From NCBI GenBank assembly GCA_963664435.2, contig CAXXKM010000002.1, positions 672,001 to 736,000 of the forward strand: a stretch of 64,000 nucleotides of DNA. Direction: 5' to 3'. Positions within the stretch are counted from its first letter, which is position 1; each line of letters opens with the position of its first letter. The DNA comes from Longimicrobiales bacterium (lineage in GTDB: Bacteria > Gemmatimonadota > Gemmatimonadetes > Longimicrobiales > Gaopeijiaceae). Below the pieces are notes generated by a model. That model did no database searches, was not told where the DNA came from, and saw nothing but the letters and a program-made list of their open reading frames with translations. Both the position numbers and the translations under genes were made by a program. This document shows, piece after piece, positions 55,821-64,000 of the stretch.

Positions 55821-56014
55821 CTCGTCAAGGCCTCACGTGCGGATGGGCGGCATCATGGCGGATGTCCCGAGCGGCCGCCATCCGCCCCCGCGCATCCGTC
55901 ACTCGGGCTCGCGCATGTTCCGGTAAGCCCGCCGCCTCCTTAGTATCATCCGGTTCCGGTCCCCGCATCCTCCGGTGCTGAACGCCGTTCGTTCCCCCAT
56001 CCTCTACGAGAATC

Positions 56015-58636
56015 ATGCTTGCCACCATCGCCCTCGCCGCGCTGCTGCAGCTTCCCGGACCCCAGGCCCCCGCCTCGCCGGGCGAGTTCGTTCCCGGTAC
56101 GACGTACGACCCGGCCATCCCCACGATAGCGTCCGTGGTGGGGCACGAGGTCTGGGAGGTGGTCACGCCTCCGGACCAGGTCGTGCGCTACTTCGAGGCG
56201 CTGGCCGAGGCGGCCCCGGAACGCACACACATGATCCAGTACGCCGACAGCTGGGAGGGGCGGCCGCTGGTGATCATGGTGATCGGATCGCCCGAGCGGA
56301 TCGGGTCGCTGGACGAGGTGAAGGCCGGGCTGGCGCGCCTGGCCTATCCGGATGGGCTGTCGGACGCCGAGGCCGCGGAACTCATCGCCGGGCTGCCGGT
56401 CGTAACCGCGCTCATGCACGGCATCCATGGCAACGAGATCAGCTCGAGCGGGGCGGCCATGATGGAGGCGTACCACCTGCTCGCGGCCGAGAACGACCCC
56501 GACGTCGACCTCATCTTCGCCGAATCGCTGGTGCTCGTCGATCCGGTGGAGAACCCCGACGGGCGCAATCGCTTCGTTCAGGAGAACACCATGGCGGCGG
56601 CGGTTCGGCCCAACGTCGAGTCCTGGTCGGCGGAGCACGACGAGCGCTGGCCGGGCGGGCGCGTCAACCACTACCTGTTCGACCTGAACCGCGACCTGTT
56701 CATCCAGAGCCAGTCGGAGACGCAGGGGAAGGTGGAGGTCTTCCTGGAATACTGGCCGCATATCGTTGCCGATCTGCACGAGATGGGCGGCGACGCCACC
56801 TACTTCTTCCCGCCCACCGCACCCCCGGAAAACCCCTGGTACGGGGAGCGCCAGATCGCGCTCATGGACGTGTTCGGACGCGCCAACGCGGCCGCCTTCG
56901 ACGCACGGGGCTTCGCCTACTTCAACCGCGACGTCTACGACGCCTTCTATCCGGGCTACGTGGACATGTGGCCGATGAACCACGGCGCGCTCGGCATGAC
57001 CTACGAGCAGGCGTCGGCGCGCGCGCTGGTGCTCGAGCAGTCCGACGGCGACATGCTGACCTATGGGGACGGGGTGCTGCACCACTTCACCGCCGCGATG
57101 GCCACGGCGCACACCTCGGCCGTGAACCGGGAGCGCATCCTCACCGACTATCTGGAATTCCGGCGCGAGGGGATCGAGCTGGGCGGCCAGGGCGTCGCCG
57201 AGTACGTGCTTCACTCGGCGCACGACGCGGGGATGGCGGAGCGGCTCGCTCGCATGCTGGTGCGCAACGGCATCGAAGTGCGTGAGGCGAGCGGGCCTGT
57301 GAACGTAGCCGGCCGCCAGCTTCCCTCCGAGGGCACCTTCATCGTCCCCATGGACCAGCCGGCGCACCGCTTTGCGCGCAACCTGCTCGACGCGCACGTG
57401 CCCATGGCGGAGGACTTCGTTCAGGAGCAGATCGAACGCCGCGCCCGGCGCGAGCCCGACCAGATCTACGACCTGACCGCCTGGAGCCAGTCGCTGCTCT
57501 GGGATGTGGAGGCCATCACCGTCGAGCGGCCCACCGGGGCGGCCGGGGCGGCCGTCACGGCCACGCGCGAGCCGGAGGCGCTGGCGCTTCCGGAGGCCAC
57601 CGTCGGCTACCTCCTCCCGTGGGGAACGAGCGCGGCCGGAGCCGTGACCGAGGCCCTGAGCGAAGGCGTGCGCGTTCGGGCCGCCGGCGCCCGCTTCACG
57701 CTGGACGGACGCGAGTACCCGATGGGGACCGCGATCGTGCGCACCGCCGAAAACGGGCCGGACCTGCGCGCGACGCTGGGGCGCATCGCCGGGGCGCACG
57801 GAGCCGAAGTGGTTCCGATCGACGGCGCCTACGTGACCGAAGGGGCGTCGCTGGGGAGCCGGTCCACGAGAGGGCTGCGCGAGCCGAGGGTGCTGCTGGT
57901 CTACGACGAGCCCGGCCAGACATACTCGGTGGGCTGGACCCGCTACGTTCTGGAGCGCCGCTACGGTCAGGCCACCACGGTCGTGCGCGCGTCCAGTCTG
58001 GGCGGCGCGGACCTGAACCGCTACGACGTGATCGTCTTCCCGAGCGGCAACTACTCGGGCGCCGTCGGTGGCGGCCTGCAGGACCGGCTGAGCGAGTGGA
58101 TGCGGGGCGGCGGCACTCTCATCACCATGGCCGAGTCGACCCGCTGGGCCACGCGGGCCGGCTTGCTTGCCACCACGGCCGAACGCCGCGGTGGCCGCGC
58201 CGAGGCCGACGATCCCCCGGATCCAGGCACGCCCGAACAGCCCATCGAATACCTGGATGCCATCGCGCCGACGGACGAGGCTCCGGAATCCGTGCCGGGC
58301 GCCATCCTCCGGGTGCTGCTCGACGACGAGCACTGGCTCGCCTCCGGGACCGACGGCGAGATCGGGGTTCTGGTGGAGGGATCGCGGGTATTCCGCCCGG
58401 TGACCCTGAATGACGGCACCAACGTCGGACGCTACGCCGGCGAGGAAGACCTGGTGCTCTCGGGCATCGTCTGGGAGGAATCGCGTCCGCAGCTGGCCAA
58501 CAAGGCCTTCCTCATCCATCAGCCGGTCGGATCCGGCCAGATCGTCGCCTTCGCCGAGGATCCCAACTATCGTGCGTACGCGGAAGCGACCCAGCTCCTG
58601 TTCATGAACGCCGTCCTGCTCGGACCGGGGCGCTGA
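56015..58636 (+). CDS. M14 zinc carboxypeptidase family protein, exported
   Basis: IHGNE, NPDGR, NHYLFDLNRD, DLHEMG, YEQ. Confidence 0.9.
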   Translation: MLATIALAALLQLPGPQAPASPGEFVPGTTYDPAIPTIASVVGHEVWEVVTPPDQVVRYFEALAEAAPERTHMIQYADSWEGRPLVIMVIGSPERIGSLDEVKAGLARLAYPDGLSDAEAAELIAGLPVVTALMHGIHGNEISSSGAAMMEAYHLLAAENDPDVDLIFAESLVLVDPVENPDGRNRFVQENTMAAAVRPNVESWSAEHDERWPGGRVNHYLFDLNRDLFIQSQSETQGKVEVFLEYWPHIVADLHEMGGDATYFFPPTAPPENPWYGERQIALMDVFGRANAAAFDARGFAYFNRDVYDAFYPGYVDMWPMNHGALGMTYEQASARALVLEQSDGDMLTYGDGVLHHFTAAMATAHTSAVNRERILTDYLEFRREGIELGGQGVAEYVLHSAHDAGMAERLARMLVRNGIEVREASGPVNVAGRQLPSEGTFIVPMDQPAHRFARNLLDAHVPMAEDFVQEQIERRARREPDQIYDLTAWSQSLLWDVEAITVERPTGAAGAAVTATREPEALALPEATVGYLLPWGTSAAGAVTEALSEGVRVRAAGARFTLDGREYPMGTAIVRTAENGPDLRATLGRIAGAHGAEVVPIDGAYVTEGASLGSRSTRGLREPRVLLVYDEPGQTYSVGWTRYVLERRYGQATTVVRASSLGGADLNRYDVIVFPSGNYSGAVGGGLQDRLSEWMRGGGTLITMAESTRWATRAGLLATTAERRGGRAEADDPPDPGTPEQPIEYLDAIAPTDEAPESVPGAILRVLLDDEHWLASGTDGEIGVLVEGSRVFRPVTLNDGTNVGRYAGEEDLVLSGIVWEESRPQLANKAFLIHQPVGSGQIVAFAEDPNYRAYAEATQLLFMNAVLLGPGR

Positions 58637-58761
58637 GAAGTGAAGGAGGAGGCATCGAGCATCGAGGCTCGGGGGCGGCAGCCTCGTTCCGGCCTCCGCG
58701 AGGCAAGAGCGCGCATCGGCAGCGCGCGGAACCCGAACCTGACTGACCGGAGAACGACCGA

Positions 58762-59745
58762 ATGAAGATCTGCGTGGTGGGCGCGGGAGCCATCGGCGGA
58801 CTGCTCGCCGTGAAGCTTGCGAATGCGGGGGAGGACGTGACGGTGATCGACCAGGGTCCGCACCTGGAGGCCATCCAGCGTAGCGGGCTCAGGCTGATCA
58901 TGGCCGACGGATCCGAGCACCAGGCCGCGCTCGACGCCCGGGACGACATGGAGGGCGTGGGCGAGCAGGACCTCGTCATTCTGGCGGTGAAGGCGCAGGT
59001 GCTGCCGCTGGTGGCCCCAGGGGTCCGCGGCATGCTCGGTCCCGGGACCATGGTGGTGCCGGTTCAGAACGGGCTTCCCTGGTGGTACTTCGAGAAGCAC
59101 GGCGGCCCGTTCGCCGGGCACCGGCTGCAGTCGCTCGACCCCGACGGCATCCTCGCCGACAGCATCGACGTCGATCACATCGTGGGCACCGTGACCTTCC
59201 CCGCGGGCGAGATCGCCGCGCCCGGGGTGGTGCGCCACACCGAGGGCAACCGCTTCCCCATCGGCGAGCTGGACGGGTCGCGCACGGAGCGCGCCCAGCT
59301 GCTCGTTGACACCCTCACCCGCGCCGGCTTCAAGTCGTTCGTCATCGAGGACATCCGCGCGGAGATGTGGCTCAAGCTGTGGGGCAACCTCTCCTTCAAC
59401 CCGATCAGCGCCCTCACCCGCGCCACGCTCGTGGACATCTGCCAGTACCCGCTCACTCGGCAGCTGGCGCGCACGCTGATGGAGGAGGCCCAGGAGGTGG
59501 CGGGCAAGCTGGGGATCACCTTCCGGGTCGGGATCGACCGGCGCATCGCGGGCGCGGAGCGCGTGGGCGCGCACAAGACGTCGATGCTCCAGGACGTCGA
59601 GGCGGGCCGCTCGCTCGAGATCGACGCCATCATAGGCGTTGTCGGCGAGCTCGGCCGGCTGGTGGGGGTGCCCACCCCGAGCGTGGATGCCATCCAGGCC
59701 CTGGTCGCGCTGCTCGACAAGGGGGTGCGGGAGGGAACGGTCTAG
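58762..59745 (+). CDS. Ketopantoate reductase (PanE/ApbA) family oxidoreductase
   Basis: GAGAIG, LAVKA, QNG, WLKLWGN..FN, HKTSMLQD...GR.LE. Confidence 0.9.
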   Translation: MKICVVGAGAIGGLLAVKLANAGEDVTVIDQGPHLEAIQRSGLRLIMADGSEHQAALDARDDMEGVGEQDLVILAVKAQVLPLVAPGVRGMLGPGTMVVPVQNGLPWWYFEKHGGPFAGHRLQSLDPDGILADSIDVDHIVGTVTFPAGEIAAPGVVRHTEGNRFPIGELDGSRTERAQLLVDTLTRAGFKSFVIEDIRAEMWLKLWGNLSFNPISALTRATLVDICQYPLTRQLARTLMEEAQEVAGKLGITFRVGIDRRIAGAERVGAHKTSMLQDVEAGRSLEIDAIIGVVGELGRLVGVPTPSVDAIQALVALLDKGVREGTV

Positions 59746-59751
59746 AGGCTG

Positions 59752-59775
59752 GACTTAGTCAACAGAACTAAGTCC
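59752..59775. repeat. AT-rich palindrome, copy B (GACTTAGTC-AACA-GAACTAAGTCC)
   Basis: Between convergent genes; GGACTTAGT/ACTAAGTCC inverted arms; matches copy A. Confidence 0.6.
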
Positions 59776-59781
59776 GCCAAT

Positions 59782-62052
59782 CTAAAGCCCCAGCTCGTTC
59801 CAGGCCTCCATTCGCCGCAGCATCATGTCGGCGGTTGCCGTGTCGCCGCGCAGGCCGGCTTCGCGGTAGAGGGCGAAGTAGGCGAGGGCGTAGTAGGTGG
59901 GAATCCCCAGGCTGCTGGGGTCGCGCCAGTAGTCCCACCCTTCCGGCAGGCCGCTCCGGTGCACGTACACCTCGTCCACCAGCGTGCGGGTGCGCTCGGT
60001 ATCCACCCAGACTCCGACCCCGGACACCCGGTTCGGGTCGCCTACCTGGGCGATCCCCCGGGCCTGCAGGGGCGCCGGGTCACCGGGCCAGAGTCGATAG
60101 GCCACCCCTTGCCGGACGATGTACCTGCGCAGCCCCATGTCCTCCGGGGCTCCGACGGCGGAGGCGAAGTAGATGGGCCGGTCCTCGATGGAGTTGGCGA
60201 TGAACGACAGCGCGAACTGCATCCACGGCTGCATCTGGCGCCCCTGCGCGACCGCGGCCGTGACCGGGCCCAGGCGAAAACGGCGCTCCTCGGGCAGCGG
60301 CGCGACGCCGGTGACGACGACCCGGTCGATCATCTCGTCGGTCAGCTCGGTGCTCACCACCGATCGCGTCGGGGGCGAAAGCGGCTCGCGCAGGACCAGC
60401 GGCACCAGTCCCGCGGCCTGCGCCGAGGCCGGGTCGTCGGTGTACAGCGCCGCCGTTCCCACCGGGGTGTAGGGACGCTGGCACAGGATCCGGGTGGGGT
60501 CCGCGTCCGGATCCTCTCCGGGACCGCAGGGACGGCTCAGGCCCCTCAGCTGCTTCACGTACCAGTCGGTGTTCAGGTACGACGTCACCGCCACGACGAC
60601 ATCGCGCCGGATGCCCTCCACCTCCTGCAGATACCAGAGCGGGAAGGTGTCGTTGTCGCCGTTCGTGAAGATGAGCGCGTAGGGCTCCACGCTCATGAGC
60701 AGATTGTAGGCCCAGTCGCGCGCGGAATAGTCGCCCGTCCGGCTCGCCCGCTGGAAGTTGAAAAACAGCGGTACCAGCGCCAGCAGGAGCACCGGCGAGG
60801 CCATCCTCAGCGAACCCAGTTTTCTCGACAGCGATTTCCACAGGCCCGCGAGACCGATCCCCGAGATGAGGCCCCAGACGGAGAAGCCGACGATGAAGAA
60901 GTAGTCGCGCTCGCGCACTTCCTTTTCGATTCCCTGGTCGGGGAAGGAATAGCCGAGCCTGAAGTTCAGATAGTAGACCAGCCCGATGGAGAGAATGCCG
61001 AAGAGCGATGCCAGATAGAGCCAGCTGGCCCGGTCCCTCCGGTAATGCTCGCGCAGGCCGAGAGCGCCCAGTGCCAGGAAGAGCATCGTGAAGAGGAGCC
61101 GGCCGGGCGGAAACCGGTTGTCCGCGAAGGCCACGCCTCGCGCCCACTGCCAGTCGAAGTACTGCATCCAGTTGCCGTACTGGGCGAAGAGCGGTGCCTG
61201 GCGCGGGACGAGCGGCGGCTTGGCGTACTGCTCCCGCTTGAGCGCCGACGACAGCTCCTCGCATCCCGCGTTGCCGTAGGTGGCGATGCTCACCAGCGCG
61301 TCGGAGACCCCTTCGCAGGTCGGCTGCGCCTCGTTGATGACCGGGTCCAGCCCGGAGCGGATCGGGAGGAAGAGGTGGATGCTCAGCCCCAGGAGGACCG
61401 CCACCAGCGAAGTCGCGTAGAGGCGCGGGCTGAGGAGCGTGCGCCCGCGCACCGCGAGGATGAAGACGAAAAGGGAGGGCAGCACCAGCAGCGCCATGAG
61501 GTGGTTGCCCACCGAGAGCGCCATGATGAACGCCATCAGCACCAGGAGGTTGTCTTCCCTTCCCTTCCCGAGGTTTTCCTGCCAGCGGAAGGTGAGCCAG
61601 GTAAGGAGGGCGATGGTCAGGAGGGATACGGTGTAGACCTTCTCGTTGACGTTCGACTGGTTCCAGACCGTGAACGCCGTTGCGCTGATCAGAACCGCCG
61701 CGCACGCGCCCACCAGCCGGAAGCGGCGGTCGGAGGAGAAGAAGCGCAGGATGTGGTGGACGACGAGGAACCAGAATCCGTGCGCGGCCGCGCTCACCGC
61801 CGCCGAAAACAGGTTGATGCGGACCGCGGTCGAGATACCGAGCGGCGCCAGCAGGATGTCCCAGGCGCGCGCCAACACGACGAAGAGCGGGTTCCCCGGG
61901 GGATGCGGGATGCCGAGCATGTGCCCGGTGGCGATGTATTCGCTCGTGTCCCAGAACGCCGTGGTGGGGGCCACCGTCGCCGCATAGAGGAGGAATACGG
62001 CACCCGCTACGCCGGCTGCCCAGCGGTAGGGAGGTGAGTTGTTGTGGGCCAC
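59782..62052 (-). CDS. DUF2723 (TMEM260-like GT-C protein O-mannosyltransferase) membrane protein
   Basis: FWDTSEYI, GIPHPPGNP, EKVY, RERDYFF, FTNGDNDTFPLWY.QEVEG.R; GTG start overlaps the upstream TAG. Confidence 0.9.
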   Translation of the reverse strand: MAHNNSPPYRWAAGVAGAVFLLYAATVAPTTAFWDTSEYIATGHMLGIPHPPGNPLFVVLARAWDILLAPLGISTAVRINLFSAAVSAAAHGFWFLVVHHILRFFSSDRRFRLVGACAAVLISATAFTVWNQSNVNEKVYTVSLLTIALLTWLTFRWQENLGKGREDNLLVLMAFIMALSVGNHLMALLVLPSLFVFILAVRGRTLLSPRLYATSLVAVLLGLSIHLFLPIRSGLDPVINEAQPTCEGVSDALVSIATYGNAGCEELSSALKREQYAKPPLVPRQAPLFAQYGNWMQYFDWQWARGVAFADNRFPPGRLLFTMLFLALGALGLREHYRRDRASWLYLASLFGILSIGLVYYLNFRLGYSFPDQGIEKEVRERDYFFIVGFSVWGLISGIGLAGLWKSLSRKLGSLRMASPVLLLALVPLFFNFQRASRTGDYSARDWAYNLLMSVEPYALIFTNGDNDTFPLWYLQEVEGIRRDVVVAVTSYLNTDWYVKQLRGLSRPCGPGEDPDADPTRILCQRPYTPVGTAALYTDDPASAQAAGLVPLVLREPLSPPTRSVVSTELTDEMIDRVVVTGVAPLPEERRFRLGPVTAAVAQGRQMQPWMQFALSFIANSIEDRPIYFASAVGAPEDMGLRRYIVRQGVAYRLWPGDPAPLQARGIAQVGDPNRVSGVGVWVDTERTRTLVDEVYVHRSGLPEGWDYWRDPSSLGIPTYYALAYFALYREAGLRGDTATADMMLRRMEAWNELGL

Positions 62053-63245
62053 TAGCCGGCTCCCGGCACGAGCGTGATGCCTCCGGCCTGTTTGCCCACT
62101 TCCGCCACCCCGACGCGGGCGTAGATCGCGAGGTCGATGACCTCGACGATGCCGGGCTGCCCTCCGATACCTTCGACGGTGACGAAGGCGAAACGGTTGT
62201 CCGAGGTCACGGCGACTCCGTGCGTAACCTTCCGCGTGCTCTCGATCTTCGCCAGCTGCTCGCCGGTCGCGAGGTCCCACACGGCCAGGTGGCCGCTGCC
62301 CTTGAGGGTCGCGAGCAGGCGCGAGCCGTCGCGGGTGAGGGCCAGGTTGTAGGGCGCGCCTTCGGCCGGGATGCGCCGGGTCACGCTCCACGACTCGATG
62401 TCCACCTGGACGATCTCGTTGCCCCGGTTGCACGCCACGTACACGAAGCGCCCGTCGCCGGAGAGGGTTGTCCAGGTGGGCGAGCAGGCGGCCATGCCGG
62501 AGCTGGCCATGTCCCCGGCCATGTCCCTGGCCATGTCCCCGGCCATCGCACCGCCCGCGCCACCGGCCATCTCGCCGCCCGCGCCACCGGCCATTGCACC
62601 GCCCGCCATGGCCCCGTGCACGACCGGATCGGTGACCGGCTCACCCGTCACCAGGTTCAATCGCCGTGTCACCTCGAGCGAAAAGGTGGACATCTCCACC
62701 AGCTGGTCGTCCATCATGCAGGCGGAGTAGTTGTGCATGCCGTCCGGCGACATGCGCGACCCGTGCGGCATGGTGCATGTGGTGACCTGTTCGATCTCGT
62801 ACATCTCCTCGGTGTCGACGATGGACACCGTGCTCGGGACGTGGTCGCCGTAGAAGTTCGAGTTTACCGCGAAGGCCAGCACGCCGTCGGGCGTGAGTGA
62901 GATGGTCGCGGGGAAGAACCCGAGTTCCGTCGCGGCCACCACGGTGTCCGGGCCGGTCTCGTACTTGAGCAGATAGCCGTTCGGGAAGCCGTGCCCGAGC
63001 GTCAGGTACCAGTATTCGCCGGACGGATCGAAGAACATGCCGTGCGGGCCCTCGATCTCGGCGGGCCAGCGCCCCACCCGGATGACCTTCTCGACTGAGA
63101 GCCCGGTTTCTGGCGTGAACTCGAGCACCGCGACCTCGTCTTCCGACTCCGCGGCGACATAGGCCCGGTAGGATTGCGCCTGGGCGGGGCTGGCGGCCAC
63201 GAGCACGGCCAGCAGGGCGACGGCGGCGAGTCTGCGAGGCATCAT
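62052..63245 (-). CDS. YncE/YVTN beta-propeller protein with Met-rich insertion
   Basis: Signal peptide (AQA-Q); GPHG, MPHG, SPTW, APYN, THGV blade repeats; MAGG/MAGD repeats. Confidence 0.85.
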   Translation of the reverse strand: MMPRRLAAVALLAVLVAASPAQAQSYRAYVAAESEDEVAVLEFTPETGLSVEKVIRVGRWPAEIEGPHGMFFDPSGEYWYLTLGHGFPNGYLLKYETGPDTVVAATELGFFPATISLTPDGVLAFAVNSNFYGDHVPSTVSIVDTEEMYEIEQVTTCTMPHGSRMSPDGMHNYSACMMDDQLVEMSTFSLEVTRRLNLVTGEPVTDPVVHGAMAGGAMAGGAGGEMAGGAGGAMAGDMARDMAGDMASSGMAACSPTWTTLSGDGRFVYVACNRGNEIVQVDIESWSVTRRIPAEGAPYNLALTRDGSRLLATLKGSGHLAVWDLATGEQLAKIESTRKVTHGVAVTSDNRFAFVTVEGIGGQPGIVEVIDLAIYARVGVAEVGKQAGGITLVPGAG

Positions 63246-63393
63246 GCCGGCCTCACCGGCAAGTCTGCCGCCCGGCGCGGGAATCCGACGCATTCCGTGG
63301 ACGCGCCGCAACGCAACGGCATCGCGGTCGAGCTGCGTGCCATACCCGGGCAGCGAACAGGCACGGGGCTGCGGCGATGCTCCGGCTCGTCGC

Positions 63394-64000
63394 TCACGGA
63401 ACCAGCGTCCTCCTCGGCTGCAGCCTCACCGACCAGAGTCCGGAGTGGTGTTCGGCGATGAACAGGTGTCCCTTGTGGACCTGTGGGCCCCAGCTGAAGG
63501 GCGCGTTGGGCACGAAGGCGTCGGGGTCGTTGGCGGCGTAGTGCGCGATTTCGCGGCCCTGGAGGCCCAGGTTGCCCTTGAGCTCGCCGGAGATGTCGAT
63601 GACGCGGGTGCCGCCGTTGTAGAAGGCCGCGTAGAGGCGGTCTCCGTCGATCCACATGTTGTGCGACCCCGCCTCGGGGATCTCGTAGCGCGCGACTTCC
63701 TCGGGGTTGTTCGGGTCGGTGAAGTCGACGACATGGATGTAGCCGGCCATGCGCGGGGGCGTGCGCTCGGCGTCCAGGTCGTTGAAGCCCGGGCGGCCGA
63801 TCTCGTCGCCCATGAAGATGTAGAAGCGCCCGGTCGGGCTCCAGTACGGGAAGGCCGCGTGGGTCGCCCCGCCGATGTCGGCGAATTGGCTCATGAGCAC
63901 CGGGTTGGAGGGGCTGCCGCCCCGGTCGCCGCCGCCCACGTCGATGACCGCCACGCCGTCGGCCCAGTTGGAGGTGTAGGCGATCCCGTCCACGATCCAG
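63394..64000 (-). CDS. LVIVD-repeat protein, C-terminal part (truncated by window edge)
   Basis: GVAVIDV, YIHVVDFTDP..P, GSHN.WI, YNGGTRVIDIS, SGLWSV. Confidence 0.75.
   Translation of the reverse strand, partial: WIVDGIAYTSNWADGVAVIDVGGGDRGGSPSNPVLMSQFADIGGATHAAFPYWSPTGRFYIFMGDEIGRPGFNDLDAERTPPRMAGYIHVVDFTDPNNPEEVARYEIPEAGSHNMWIDGDRLYAAFYNGGTRVIDISGELKGNLGLQGREIAHYAANDPDAFVPNAPFSWGPQVHKGHLFIAEHHSGLWSVRLQPRRTLVP

Overview
GC-rich bacterial chromosomal window, probably close to the replication origin. Gene content and order suggest Gemmatimonadota, but that is inference only. Positions 1-7.4 kb hold the yidC 3' end, mnmE, mnmG, a LAGLIDADG-fold ORF in the usual rsmG slot, parA, parB, an M23 peptidase and bactofilin, with two parS sites in the mnmG 3' end and a DnaA-box cluster at about 7.24-7.35 kb. 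Positions 7.4-17.3 kb hold Nif3, a zinc-ribbon/TPR protein, DUF819, lipA-pdhABC, msrA and a phosphodiesterase. Positions 17.4-20.2 kb are a same-strand array of 17 tRNA genes, none with encoded CCA. The strongest candidate for a new system lies between tRNA-fMet and the other 16 tRNAs: a 42-codon leader ORF whose codons sample 14 of the 16 downstream tRNA species, whose stop codon sits in the loop of a long anti-terminator hairpin, followed by a U7 intrinsic terminator abutting tRNA-Phe. This is the architecture of a ribosome-mediated attenuator controlling a tRNA array. Two tRNA-Ser genes are followed by repeat units whose arms are inverted or direct copies of their own host tRNA's 3' end. 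Positions 20.3-64 kb are an accessory-type region rich in exported C-N hydrolases (3 amidases, 4 non-canonical creatininase domains, 2 amidohydrolases, an M14 peptidase). It also has a DUF1592-DUF1552-ankyrin operon, a RAPP-ending upstream ORF with a TonB receptor and His-rich lipoprotein, a GMC/3-ketoglycoside-type module, a Fic islet, a 5x18-bp promoter array and a Met-rich beta-propeller. All calls come from reading motifs by eye; no database searches were run.
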